DNA from: Thermoproteus sp. | GTDB taxonomy: Archaea; Thermoproteota; Thermoprotei; Thermoproteales; Thermoproteaceae | Direction: 5' to 3' | DNA length: 64,000 nt | Assembly (NCBI GenBank): GCA_049976425.1 | Contig: JBMFIG010000003.1 | Span: 31,188-95,187, forward strand | In this document: in pieces, positions 9,074 through 17,644 of the stretch | Position numbering within the stretch: the first letter of the stretch is position 1 | Layout of the letters: each line of letters starts with the position of its first letter | Notes under the pieces: generated by a model | The model's input: only the letters and a program-made list of their open reading frames with translations | Told to the model about the DNA's origin: nothing | Database searches by the model: none | Made by a program: the position numbers and the translations under genes

Positions 9074-9579
9074 CAGGGCTCCATATATTTTAGCAATTCC
9101 CTGATCTCTTTGTATCTGCCTACCGGTATCGCTATCAGTGCTCCCTTGTAGTGGCCGTACACGACGGCCGAGTCGTCGGGGGCCAGCGCGATGAAGGCTA
9201 GGGAGAGCATGTCCTCCTCCCCGTCGACCAACAACAAGGTCCCCGGCGTCTTGACGGCGTACTCCACGGCGGCCCACGCCTCCTCCGTTATATAGCCTGG
9301 GGGATTCCTCACCCTCAAAATCCTCGGGAACGCCTCCACCGTCCTCACGTACTCGCTCCTCCTGGTCTTTAGGTCGACGGCGGCGGCGTCGGGGACGAGG
9401 CCTGCGGCGAGGAAGTTGGCGGTCACGACGTCGCCTACGGTGAAGATCCTCGCGGCGCCGAGGTCTCTGGCTATCTCAGCCGCGAGCTCCACCGACCGGG
9501 GAGGATCGCGCCAGATGGCGATCGGGTACGGGAAGGCGAAGAGATGCCTCCGGCCTTCGGGGACCTTCAGGCACCTCAC
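9070..9579 (-). CDS. GTP-dependent dephospho-CoA kinase (DUF359)
   Basis: TVGDVVT, VD.KTRR, NPPGYIT, VDGEED.L and VVYG motifs; GTG start overlaps the upstream TGA. Confidence 0.85.
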   Translation of the reverse strand: MRCLKVPEGRRHLFAFPYPIAIWRDPPRSVELAAEIARDLGAARIFTVGDVVTANFLAAGLVPDAAAVDLKTRRSEYVRTVEAFPRILRVRNPPGYITEEAWAAVEYAVKTPGTLLLVDGEEDMLSLAFIALAPDDSAVVYGHYKGALIAIPVGRYKEIRELLKYMEPC

Positions 9580-10289
9580 AGCTCCACCGAGGCGCATGGG
9601 TAGGGCAGGTAGACGTAGACGCCGGGGGGCACCAGAGGCGTGTTGAGGTAGTAGTGGACGGGGAGGAGGGCCTTGACGCCCGCCCTTCTGGCTATCTCCA
9701 CTGCGTCGCTCGTTGTGCTGTGGCCCACGGCGTGGGCCGGCTCCTCCTGTCCCGGGTTGCCCGAGATCTCGTGTATCAAGAGGTCGCACCCCCTCGCCAG
9801 CTCGACAAGCTCGTCGCTCGGCGCTGTGTCCCCGCTATAGGCGACGCATCTCCCCCCGTGCTCCACCCTCACGTGTACGGCCTCCACCGAGTGCCTGGCC
9901 GCGGCGAGCGCGATCCTCGTATCGCCCTCTCTGGCCTCGCCGCCCGGCGGCACCTCGACCGGCTCCATATATTGTTGCAGATGGGGCATGTTCACGGCCT
10001 CCAGTATTCTCACGAGCGACGACATCACGGAGTCTGTGGCGACGACCTTGATCCTAGTCCCCCTCTGGCGGGCCATCAAGAGGAGGGTAGGCGCGCCCAG
10101 TATGTGGTCCCCGTGGGCGTGCGTGAGGACCAACACATCCGGGAACGGGAGGCCGCATTGGGCCAGCCTGGCGTAGGTCCCCTCGCCTGCGTCCAGGAGA
10201 ATCCGCCTATCGGTCTCGACGTATATGGCCGGGTAGCCCAGCCAGGGGCTGGATATCCAGCCCCCCAGCCCCAGGACCACTACCTTCAT
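9576..10289 (-). CDS. RNase Z/AtsA-like MBL-fold hydrolase
   Basis: LLDAGEG, THAHGDH, YSGDT.P, LIHE, HST motifs; short, no obvious tRNA-binding exosite. Confidence 0.8.
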   Translation of the reverse strand: MKVVVLGLGGWISSPWLGYPAIYVETDRRILLDAGEGTYARLAQCGLPFPDVLVLTHAHGDHILGAPTLLLMARQRGTRIKVVATDSVMSSLVRILEAVNMPHLQQYMEPVEVPPGGEAREGDTRIALAAARHSVEAVHVRVEHGGRCVAYSGDTAPSDELVELARGCDLLIHEISGNPGQEEPAHAVGHSTTSDAVEIARRAGVKALLPVHYYLNTPLVPPGVYVYLPYPCASVEL

Positions 10290-10341
10290 GGAGATCTGGA
10301 GAGCTCCACTATTTATCGCTCAAGGACCCGCCGCGCCGCCT

Positions 10342-10385
10342 TGTATACGGATATGCGTATACGATAAGCTTATATACGGATATCT
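10342..10385 (+). promoter_or_regulatory. vapBC promoter with repeated operator-like boxes
   Basis: TATACGGATAT at 10344-10354 and 10373-10383; palindrome CGTATACG at 10356-10363; TTATATA TATA box. Confidence 0.55.
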
Positions 10386-10396
10386 GTAGCTTTCTG

Positions 10397-10624
10397 ATGT
10401 CGACTACGGTGATAAGCGTGAGGGTCAGGAAAGAGCTGAGGGAGAGGGCGAAGGAGCTCGGCATAGATATCAGGGAGGTCTTAGAGAAGGCGCTTGAGGA
10501 GGCCATAAGGAGGAGGGAAGAGGAGGAGCTGGCCAAGGCGCTTGAGGAGTTGAGAGAAGCTTTGTCGATAATAACCGAGGAGGAGTGGGTGAGGGCAGTG
10601 CGCGGCTCTAGGGATGAGCGTTGA
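10397..10624 (+). CDS. vapB: VapB-type ribbon-helix-helix antitoxin
   Basis: TVISVRV..EL.E.A..LGI RHH pattern; overlaps the PIN gene. Confidence 0.85.
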   Translation: MSTTVISVRVRKELRERAKELGIDIREVLEKALEEAIRRREEEELAKALEELREALSIITEEEWVRAVRGSRDER

Positions 10625-11012
10625 GTATCTGCTCGACGCCTCTGCTCTCTACGGCTTGGCTACACACTACGACAGATGGCTGAAATATAGGGAGAGGCTC
10701 GCGATACTCCACCTGACCGTCTACGAGGTCGGCAACGCCCTATGGAAGGAGGCGAGGGCGGGGAGACTGCAGTGGCAGAAGGCCGCGAGGCCCCTCTCCC
10801 GCGTGATCTCCGGCTTGAGGGTGCTGGACGATCCTCCTCTGGAGGAGGTTCTGAGGCTGGCTGTCGAGAGGGATCTGACGTTCTACGACGCGAGCTACGC
10901 ATACGTCGCGGAGACGCTGGGCCTGTCGTTGGTGACGCAGGACGACGAGTTGTTGCGCAAGTCGCGCGCCGCGATAGACGTGGCCACGTTCCTCTCGAGA
11001 CTGTCGGCGTAG
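10614..11012 (+). CDS. vapC: VapC PIN-domain toxin
   Basis: LLDASA, YEVGNALWK, LTFYDASY and LVTQD acidic PIN residues. Confidence 0.9.
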   Translation: MSVEYLLDASALYGLATHYDRWLKYRERLAILHLTVYEVGNALWKEARAGRLQWQKAARPLSRVISGLRVLDDPPLEEVLRLAVERDLTFYDASYAYVAETLGLSLVTQDDELLRKSRAAIDVATFLSRLSA

Positions 11013-11110
11013 TTGCGGCGATCGGGCCGCCTAGGCGAGCCGCACGGCCTCCTTCCTCACGCGCGCCGCTCTCCGCTGGATTAAATCTTTTAACTGCGGC
11101 CGGGCCTAAC

Positions 11111-11168
11111 CGCGGTGATGATCCTGACCAACCGCGAGGCGTGAGCTGGCGGCAGCTGGCTGACCTCC
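11111..11168 (+). ncRNA. box C/D guide sRNA
   Basis: C box GTGATGA (11115-11121), 12-nt guide TCCTGACCAACC, D' GCGA, C'-like GTGAG, guide GGCGGCAGCTGG, D box CTGA (11160-11163); own TTTTAA TATA at 11088-11093. Confidence 0.8.
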
Positions 11169-11169
11169 G

Positions 11170-12174
11170 TCAGCTAACGACGTCCTCCAGCCTCCCTTTC
11201 TCCCTGGCCAGCTGGAGCTCGTGGGCTATCCTCTCCCCCATGTCCATGGGCTCGTCGAAGTAGAGGACGGAGTACTGCGACCCGACGCCCATGTAGACGT
11301 TGGTCCCCGCCACTATCCTCCCCGAGAACTCGAAGACGACTATGGAGAGGTCGTCCCTTATTATGGACTCCAGGCTGTAGGGCCCCTTCATCTCCTCGCC
11401 GAGGACCTCGCGGACCGCGTCGGCGAAGGCCTCTCCGTATTTCTGCACCGTGGGGAGCAACGACTCCCTCAAGACCAGAGGGAGGTTGGCCACGACGACG
11501 AAGGTCGGCTCCACGAGGCCGAAGGTCCTCCCGTCGACGTTCGCCTCGTACCTCACGTCCATTCCGAACAGCTCCACCCTGCCGTACATGGGCGACGCGA
11601 AGAAGTGGTAGTACGCCGGGACGCCAAAGACGTACTCCTGGATTATGTAGGGCTCCTCGACCTCCTTGAGCCTCTCGACGAGCTCTCCCCTATCCCTAGC
11701 CAGGAAGTAGCCCCTGCCGCCCTTGGCCCCGAACAGCTTCACTATGACCGGCCTATCGACCTCCTCCGGCGCGTAGCTCCTGGGTATTGGTATGCCGGCC
11801 CTCCTCAGGAGATCCATTTTCTTGTACTGGTCGGCCTCGACCTCGATAAGGCGCCTGACGCCGAACGTGGGCACCGGCGCCTCGAGGGCCTGCCGCCACC
11901 CGACGTACTCCACGTAGGACCCGTGGGGTATCAAGACGGCGTTGTTCTCGGCGAGCTTCTCCGCCACAGGACGGAAGTTGGAGAAGTCGGCCTCCCACAC
12001 CTCGTCTATGAACTGGAACCGCTTGTAGAACCAGGCGGAGCTGGGGCGGGCCACGGCCAAGGTCCTGAAGCCGCGCCGCTTCGCCGCCCTGAGTATCTGG
12101 AGGGCCGTGTGGGACGCTATCGTGGCGACGGCCAGCCTATCTAGGTCGTACCTCTTAATTACCGCCTCGATCAT
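11170..12174 (-). CDS. purP: AICAR formate ligase (FAICAR synthetase), PurP
   Basis: [37 protein letters not shown] and MGERIA motifs. Confidence 0.88.
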   Translation of the reverse strand: MIEAVIKRYDLDRLAVATIASHTALQILRAAKRRGFRTLAVARPSSAWFYKRFQFIDEVWEADFSNFRPVAEKLAENNAVLIPHGSYVEYVGWRQALEAPVPTFGVRRLIEVEADQYKKMDLLRRAGIPIPRSYAPEEVDRPVIVKLFGAKGGRGYFLARDRGELVERLKEVEEPYIIQEYVFGVPAYYHFFASPMYGRVELFGMDVRYEANVDGRTFGLVEPTFVVVANLPLVLRESLLPTVQKYGEAFADAVREVLGEEMKGPYSLESIIRDDLSIVVFEFSGRIVAGTNVYMGVGSQYSVLYFDEPMDMGERIAHELQLAREKGRLEDVVS

Positions 12175-13211
12175 GTGGTGACCTCCTCGAGTTTCCTCTG
12201 CCTCACCGCCTCCTTTATCTCCACGGCTATCCTCCTCCCCATGGATATGGGCCTCCCCCAGTAGAGCTTGGAGTACTGGCCGCCCACTCCCAGATAGGCG
12301 TTGGTGCCGCCCCCTATCCTCGGCGCCACGTCGTAGACCACTAGGTCGAGCTCCGGCGTCACGACGAACTGGAGGGTGAAGGGCCCTATGACGCCTGGCT
12401 TGACCAGCCTGGCGACGGCGTCGACGAAGCGGTGCCCTATGTCGAAGACCTTCTCCAAGAGGCTCTCCCTCAAGGTCGCCGGCTCGTGGCCCACCTCTAT
12501 ATACCTCACGTCCGGGTCTAGGTCAAGCTGGTCCCTCGCCGGAAGCCGGTAGACGCCGTCGAGATCGCTCTGGATCCTTCTGTCGAAGCTGTGGAGCTCC
12601 AGGCGTCTGTACATCGGAGAGTTGAAGAAGTTGGCGTTGAAGTGGGCCCCCAGCACGAGCTCCTCTATGGCGGCGCCCGAGAGGTCCTCCAGCCTTATCA
12701 CCCCCCTCTCGGCGAGCCTCTTCGCCTTGCGCATCAAGTCGTCCCTATCCCTCGCCACGAAGAAGCCCCTCTCCACCCTCCTCGTAGCCTCGGGCAACTT
12801 GACCATGACCGGCCTGTCGACCTCCTCAGGCGAGGAGTACGTCCTGGGCCTCCTTATGCCCGCCTCGTCGAGGAGTCTGTAGTAGTTGTGCGGCCCCGTC
12901 CTCTCCTCCCACCTCAACAGATAGCGGTTGCCGAATATGGGGATCGGGAACTCCCTCTCTATGGCGTCGTAGCCCACGTAGACGGCGAAGGACCTATTGG
13001 GGACGAAGACCGAGCCCTTGAGCCTATGGGCCTCCCTGACGATGTCCCTATAGTCGTCGAGGACCACGAGCTCGTCGACGACAGGGAACTCCCTGTAGGC
13101 CCTTTCCCGCCCCCTCTTGGCGACGGCTATGGTCCTGAAGCCCTCGTCCTTCGCGCCGTCGAGCACATCCAAAGCGCTGTGGGAGGCCAAGACGGATATC
13201 GATACCGACAT
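12171..13211 (-). CDS. PurP-like ATP-grasp paralogue
   Basis: [55 protein letters not shown] motifs. Confidence 0.85.
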   Translation of the reverse strand: MSVSISVLASHSALDVLDGAKDEGFRTIAVAKRGRERAYREFPVVDELVVLDDYRDIVREAHRLKGSVFVPNRSFAVYVGYDAIEREFPIPIFGNRYLLRWEERTGPHNYYRLLDEAGIRRPRTYSSPEEVDRPVMVKLPEATRRVERGFFVARDRDDLMRKAKRLAERGVIRLEDLSGAAIEELVLGAHFNANFFNSPMYRRLELHSFDRRIQSDLDGVYRLPARDQLDLDPDVRYIEVGHEPATLRESLLEKVFDIGHRFVDAVARLVKPGVIGPFTLQFVVTPELDLVVYDVAPRIGGGTNAYLGVGGQYSKLYWGRPISMGRRIAVEIKEAVRQRKLEEVTT

Positions 13212-13288
13212 ACGTGCTTTAAGTTATGAATTTAAAAAATTTGCGGACTCCTAGGGAATTTCCGGCTATATATTAAGCAGATGGTTAA

Positions 13289-14638
13289 TTACCCAGCCCG
13301 CAACCTCCAGACGCTTGGAGGCACGACGCCGCTTCTCCTGGCCAGAGGTATCTCGGAGTACTTGCCCAGATCCATGACGACAACCCTCCCGTAGAGGCCC
13401 CCCAGCTCGTAGACGTCGCCGGGCTTGCCGCCGGGGATCGGCACCAGCCTCACCCCCAGCGGCTTGTCGAGGGCCGTGGCCAGAGCCATGACGTCTGCCA
13501 TAAGCGCGGCGACGACGTCGGGCGGGGAGTCGCCCGGTATGCCGGCCATGTCTATGCCCGTGTTGCAGACAGCCGACATGGCCTTCAACGAGTCGAAGCT
13601 GAGCGCTCCCTCCTCGGCCGCCCTGGCCATCAAGGCGTCCTCGCTGACTGGTATAAAGGCGCCGCTCAAGCCGCCTATAGTCGATGTGGCCATGGCGCCT
13701 CCCTTCTTCACGGCGTCGACGAAGAGGTGGAGCGCCAAGACCGAGCCGGGCGCGCCGGCTCTCGGCAAGCCCATGGCCTCGAGTATCCCAGCCACGCTGT
13801 CGCCGACCTTGGGAGAGGGCGCCACCGAGAGGTCCACGGCCCCGAACCTCACGCCGAGCTCCCTCGCCACCTCCCTGCCCACGAGCTCGCCGAGCCGCGT
13901 CACCTTGAACGCCGCCCTCTTGATCGCGTCGTGTAGCGTCCTCAAGTCGGCGTCTTTCATGTTCCTCACGACGGCCTCTACGACCCCGGGGCCGCTCACC
14001 GCCACGTTCACCACAGCGTCGGGCAGGCCCAAGCCGTGGTGCGCGGCCGGCATGAACGGCACGTCCTCGGGGACGTTGGCGGTCACTGCGAATCTGGCGG
14101 CGGCCTCGGGCCTCATGGAGAGCACGGCTCTGGCCGCCTCGTACACGGCGTCCATATTTATGCCCGTGGCGGTGGACGCCGCGTTGACGAACCCGCCGAG
14201 CCTCTTCGTGGAGTTCAAGGCGTCGGGCAAGGCGTCCAGCAGAGCCCGGTCGCCTCTGGATACGCCGGCGTGGACGAAGGCGGCGAATCCTCCGACCATG
14301 TCGACGCCGTAGGCCTCCGCCAGATCGTCGAGGGCCCTCGCTATCTCCACGGCGTCCTCGGCGCGGCCCAGAGGCTCCAGCATGATGCTGATCGGGCTCA
14401 CGGCCAGCCTCGCCGTCACGATCCTGACGCCGAGCTTCGCCGCTATCTTGTCGACGGCCGGCCTAAAACGCTCGAGATACGGCCTCAAGAGGTCCCTCAA
14501 GGCCGATATCGCGGAGCCCACATCCCCGCGTATCGCTGGCAACGTGTTGACGCTGAGGGTCACCGCGCGTATGTCCAGCTCGCGGAAAAGCACCATCTCG
14601 AGGACCTCCCCTATCTCCTCGGGCGAGAAGAGCCTCAT
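13289..14638 (-). CDS. DUF711 (UPF0210, PFL-like) protein
   Basis: LDIRAVTL, NVPED.PFM..A.HG, VSGPGVV, AFKVTR.GEL, GGLSGAFIPVSED and VC..G.DM motifs. Confidence 0.88.
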   Translation of the reverse strand: MRLFSPEEIGEVLEMVLFRELDIRAVTLSVNTLPAIRGDVGSAISALRDLLRPYLERFRPAVDKIAAKLGVRIVTARLAVSPISIMLEPLGRAEDAVEIARALDDLAEAYGVDMVGGFAAFVHAGVSRGDRALLDALPDALNSTKRLGGFVNAASTATGINMDAVYEAARAVLSMRPEAAARFAVTANVPEDVPFMPAAHHGLGLPDAVVNVAVSGPGVVEAVVRNMKDADLRTLHDAIKRAAFKVTRLGELVGREVARELGVRFGAVDLSVAPSPKVGDSVAGILEAMGLPRAGAPGSVLALHLFVDAVKKGGAMATSTIGGLSGAFIPVSEDALMARAAEEGALSFDSLKAMSAVCNTGIDMAGIPGDSPPDVVAALMADVMALATALDKPLGVRLVPIPGGKPGDVYELGGLYGRVVVMDLGKYSEIPLARRSGVVPPSVWRLRAG

Positions 14639-14907
14639 ATCCTCTGCATGTAGCGGAACACGTCTATGTGGTGGACGGCCACCATGACGCCCAGCCTCTT
14701 GCCGGCCTCTTCGAGCTCGGCGCGGAGGCCCGCGATATCCACGTCGGCCTTGGATATGTCCACCACCATTATCATGGAGAATATGTCGCGGACGACCGTC
14801 TGGGCTATGTCGACGATGTTGGCGTTGTGCCTCGCCAGGACGTTGGCTATCCCGGCCACTATGCCGACCCTATCCGCGCCCAGCACCGAGACCACCACTA
14901 GCTCCAC
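14635..14907 (-). CDS. ACT domain protein (UPF0237)
   Basis: VLG.DRVGIVA...NI.DI.QT...F.MIM...F.YM.RI; the usual partner of DUF711. Confidence 0.88.
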   Translation of the reverse strand: MELVVVSVLGADRVGIVAGIANVLARHNANIVDIAQTVVRDIFSMIMVVDISKADVDIAGLRAELEEAGKRLGVMVAVHHIDVFRYMQRI

Positions 14908-14949
14908 GGGGACACTATAGAGGATATATAAAGGCTAGGCGCCGGCTGG

Positions 14950-15858
14950 CTAGCGGATCAGCGGCGACAGCTTCTCCAAGATCTTCCTCAGCTCCTCTCT
15001 GTCCTTGTCGTCAACCGGCGGCAGAGGCTCGCGCGGAGGCCCCATATCTATGCCGGTCGCTATCTGGGTCGCCAGCTTGTACAGAGTAGGCCACTTGCCG
15101 CCGAGCTTCCCCGTCAGCCCGCAACCTCCCATGAAGCGCCAGAGCTCCATAAGCCTCTTGTGTATCTCGACGACCTCGGCGATTCTCCCCTCCTTGACCA
15201 TCTTGTAGAGCCGGAGCTGGAGCGGGCCTAGGAAGTTAGGGCCTCCGAGGATCCCGCCGTGTGCGCCCACCACGAGACTGGGCACGAAGAACATGTCGAC
15301 TCCCTGGAGCACGGAGATCCGGCTCCCCACCAGGTATATGAGCTCCATGTGGTATCTGAAGTCGCCGGAGCTGTCCTTGACCGCCACCACCTGGCTGTAC
15401 TCGGAGGACACCAGGTCGAAGACCTCGGCGGGTATGTTGTAGCCGACCGCCAGAGGTATCGTGTAGAGGACCACCGGCGTGTCCACCGCGTCGAGTACCT
15501 TCTTGTAGAAGGCGTAGATGCCGGCCCAATCGCCCTGGACGTAGTACGGCGGCGTGATCAACACGGCGTCGACCCCCACGTCCTTGTACCTCCTAGCCAT
15601 CTCCACAGTGCTTATGTGGTCGCCGGTGCCCGTCCCGGCGATCACGGGGACCTTGCCGCCCCCGACCTCGACGGCCAGCTCCGCCACCTTGACCCTCTCC
15701 TCGGGAGTCAGCTTAGTCACCTCGCCGGTCGACGAGGAGGGGAATAAGCCGTATCCCTGCGACGCGAGCCTCTCCAAGAGCGCCCTCAACGCTTGGTAGT
15801 TGACGCCGTCTTTGGTAAACGGCGTGACGGTCGCCGCTATCACTCCCTCCAGCTTCAT
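14950..15858 (-). CDS. DHDPS/NAL-family class I aldolase/lyase
   Basis: VTPF, STGE, TPPYY, LY.IP, VKDSSGD (Schiff-base Lys), G.PR.PL. Confidence 0.88.
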   Translation of the reverse strand: MKLEGVIAATVTPFTKDGVNYQALRALLERLASQGYGLFPSSSTGEVTKLTPEERVKVAELAVEVGGGKVPVIAGTGTGDHISTVEMARRYKDVGVDAVLITPPYYVQGDWAGIYAFYKKVLDAVDTPVVLYTIPLAVGYNIPAEVFDLVSSEYSQVVAVKDSSGDFRYHMELIYLVGSRISVLQGVDMFFVPSLVVGAHGGILGGPNFLGPLQLRLYKMVKEGRIAEVVEIHKRLMELWRFMGGCGLTGKLGGKWPTLYKLATQIATGIDMGPPREPLPPVDDKDREELRKILEKLSPLIR

Positions 15859-15884
15859 GAAGAGTGCTGGGGGACGATTAATAT

Positions 15885-16058
15885 CTATTCCCGGCGGGAG
15901 ACGGCCCTATAAATGAAGGGCGCGGCGGCGCCTATGGATATGCCCAACGCGGCGAGCGCCAGCGACCTCCTGCCTGGGTATATCAGGAGTAGCAGAACGC
16001 CGAACGTGATAGACAACGCGCTCAAGGCGTAGAGGAGCGCTCTTGTCCCCTCTGCCAT
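15885..16058 (-). CDS. small two-TM membrane protein (57 aa; below cutoff)
   Basis: MAEGTRALLYALSALSITFGVLLLLIYPGRRSLALAALGISIGAAAPFIYRAVSRRE; TTTTAAATATA about 20-25 nt upstream. Confidence 0.65.
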   Translation of the reverse strand: MAEGTRALLYALSALSITFGVLLLLIYPGRRSLALAALGISIGAAAPFIYRAVSRRE

Positions 16059-16086
16059 AACTATTCCAGCTCATATATTTAAAAGC

Positions 16087-17097
16087 TTAATAGCGCAGGA
16101 CAGCGGCGCATCCGCCCATGGCGCTCAACATCTGCCCCGCCTCGCTCTCGGCGGGCACTATCCTCGTGGAGCCCCTCGTTGAGAACACCAGCCTGAGCAC
16201 CTCGGCGTATTCTTCGGCCCGCTCTTTTAGAGCCTCGTCGACGACGACGAACGTGCGCACTCTGCCCTGCGACGCGGCCTCCCTAACCGAGTCGAGACCC
16301 ACGGCGACGAGCTCGGGCCTCTCTGAGGCGAGCTTGAGGATCTCCGAGACGGCCTCCGACCCCAACGCCTCCCGGTACCTCTCGAAGTGCCCGCCTCGCT
16401 GGAACTCATAGACGCCTGCGAGGCCTCCTGCCGATTGCGGAGCCAGATCGCCTTTTATGTACTGAGCCGCGATCTCTATATACAGTTGAGGCCCGGCGAG
16501 GACCAGCCTATCGGGCCTAAGCCTCAGCCTATACTGCTCCACGGCCTTGGCCACCTCCCTGAAGAAAGGCCCGAGGGCCTCCTCCTCGGAGTCCGAGCCC
16601 GCGTCCTTAGGCCTCCGGTTCTCGAGGACCGCCAACAGCTCGACGCCGAGCGCTGTTATGTGCGCCACTGCGGCCTCGTCCCCGTCTATGGAGACCAGGA
16701 GGATCTTGGGCAGAGCCGCGGAGGCCAGCCGGGCCACCTCGTCGACGAGCTCCATGGGGTAGGAGTCCGGCTTCTCTATCTCTATCTCCCTCCCGGGCAA
16801 GACGTCGAAGGTGTGCCTCCTGCCCTTGACGCCCTCCAGATCGCCGCCGACCTCCACGACGGTGCCCCTCACCCTGAGGCTCCCCCTGAACTTGTGGTAC
16901 TCCAACGCCTCGACCCTCACGGCAAGGTACACCTTTATTCTCTCCCCCTCCTTGGCGCCCTCGGGCCTGTACTCCCTCACAGTCCAGCCCCTAACGACGT
17001 CCCCCCGATCCACCAGGAGGTAGACGAAGTAGAGGTCCTCCTCCCTCTCGGGCAGTACCGATATCAGCCTACGCCTCCTGTCGACGGAGAGCCTCAC
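16087..17097 (-). CDS. pelA: Pelota/Dom34 ribosome rescue factor
   Basis: PE..EDL, GD.V...T.R, F...LRV.G, G..HT, LAGP; eRF1-like C-terminus 'G..L..MGG.AAVLRY'. Confidence 0.88.
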   Translation of the reverse strand: MRLSVDRRRRLISVLPEREEDLYFVYLLVDRGDVVRGWTVREYRPEGAKEGERIKVYLAVRVEALEYHKFRGSLRVRGTVVEVGGDLEGVKGRRHTFDVLPGREIEIEKPDSYPMELVDEVARLASAALPKILLVSIDGDEAAVAHITALGVELLAVLENRRPKDAGSDSEEEALGPFFREVAKAVEQYRLRLRPDRLVLAGPQLYIEIAAQYIKGDLAPQSAGGLAGVYEFQRGGHFERYREALGSEAVSEILKLASERPELVAVGLDSVREAASQGRVRTFVVVDEALKERAEEYAEVLRLVFSTRGSTRIVPAESEAGQMLSAMGGCAAVLRY

Positions 17098-17552
17098 GGC
17101 GCGATGTCCGGGGTGATATACCAGACGAGCCTCCAGCCGGCCTCGCCTCTCTCGAGCCTAACGACGCCCGAATACCTGAACCTTATCACCTCCTTCTGGG
17201 GATCGCCCACCAGGAGGAGCGACGCCAGCCGCGAGAGGTGGGGCAGATGGCCGACGAGGAGGACGTCGGACGTCAAGGCCTCGGCCCGAGAGGCCCAGAT
17301 CCGCGGGTCGTCGTTGGGGGCCAGCCCGTCGACCTCCTTGAGAGGGGCGCCGAGGTGGCGCGCGAATATCTCGGCGGTCTGCCTCGCCCTCGTCTTCCCG
17401 CTGTGGAGCACCTCGGCGACCTTGACGCCGGCCGCGGCCAACAGTCTGGCGACCTTCTCGGTCTCGGCGGCCCCCTCCGGCGTAAGCCTCCTCTCGGGAT
17501 CCTCGGCCTCGCTGAAGGACTTGCCGTGTTGCGCAAGATACAGCGCCGGCAT
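17094..17552 (-). CDS. sixA: SixA-like phosphohistidine phosphatase
   Basis: QHG, R.LT.EG, HS...RA.QTAE and LVGH.PHL motifs. Confidence 0.85.
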   Translation of the reverse strand: MPALYLAQHGKSFSEAEDPERRLTPEGAAETEKVARLLAAAGVKVAEVLHSGKTRARQTAEIFARHLGAPLKEVDGLAPNDDPRIWASRAEALTSDVLLVGHLPHLSRLASLLLVGDPQKEVIRFRYSGVVRLERGEAGWRLVWYITPDIAP

Positions 17553-17644
17553 GGGGAGGTCAGTCCACGGACTTAAAAAGCCTAACGACCCACTGCGCAC
17601 GACCAATGAGCGAAATATTTAAATTTAGAAATATGACATTTATT

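Noticed and set aside
11170-13211. Tandem purP duplication as a novelty
   Set aside because: Paired PurP and PurP-like genes are already known in crenarchaea.
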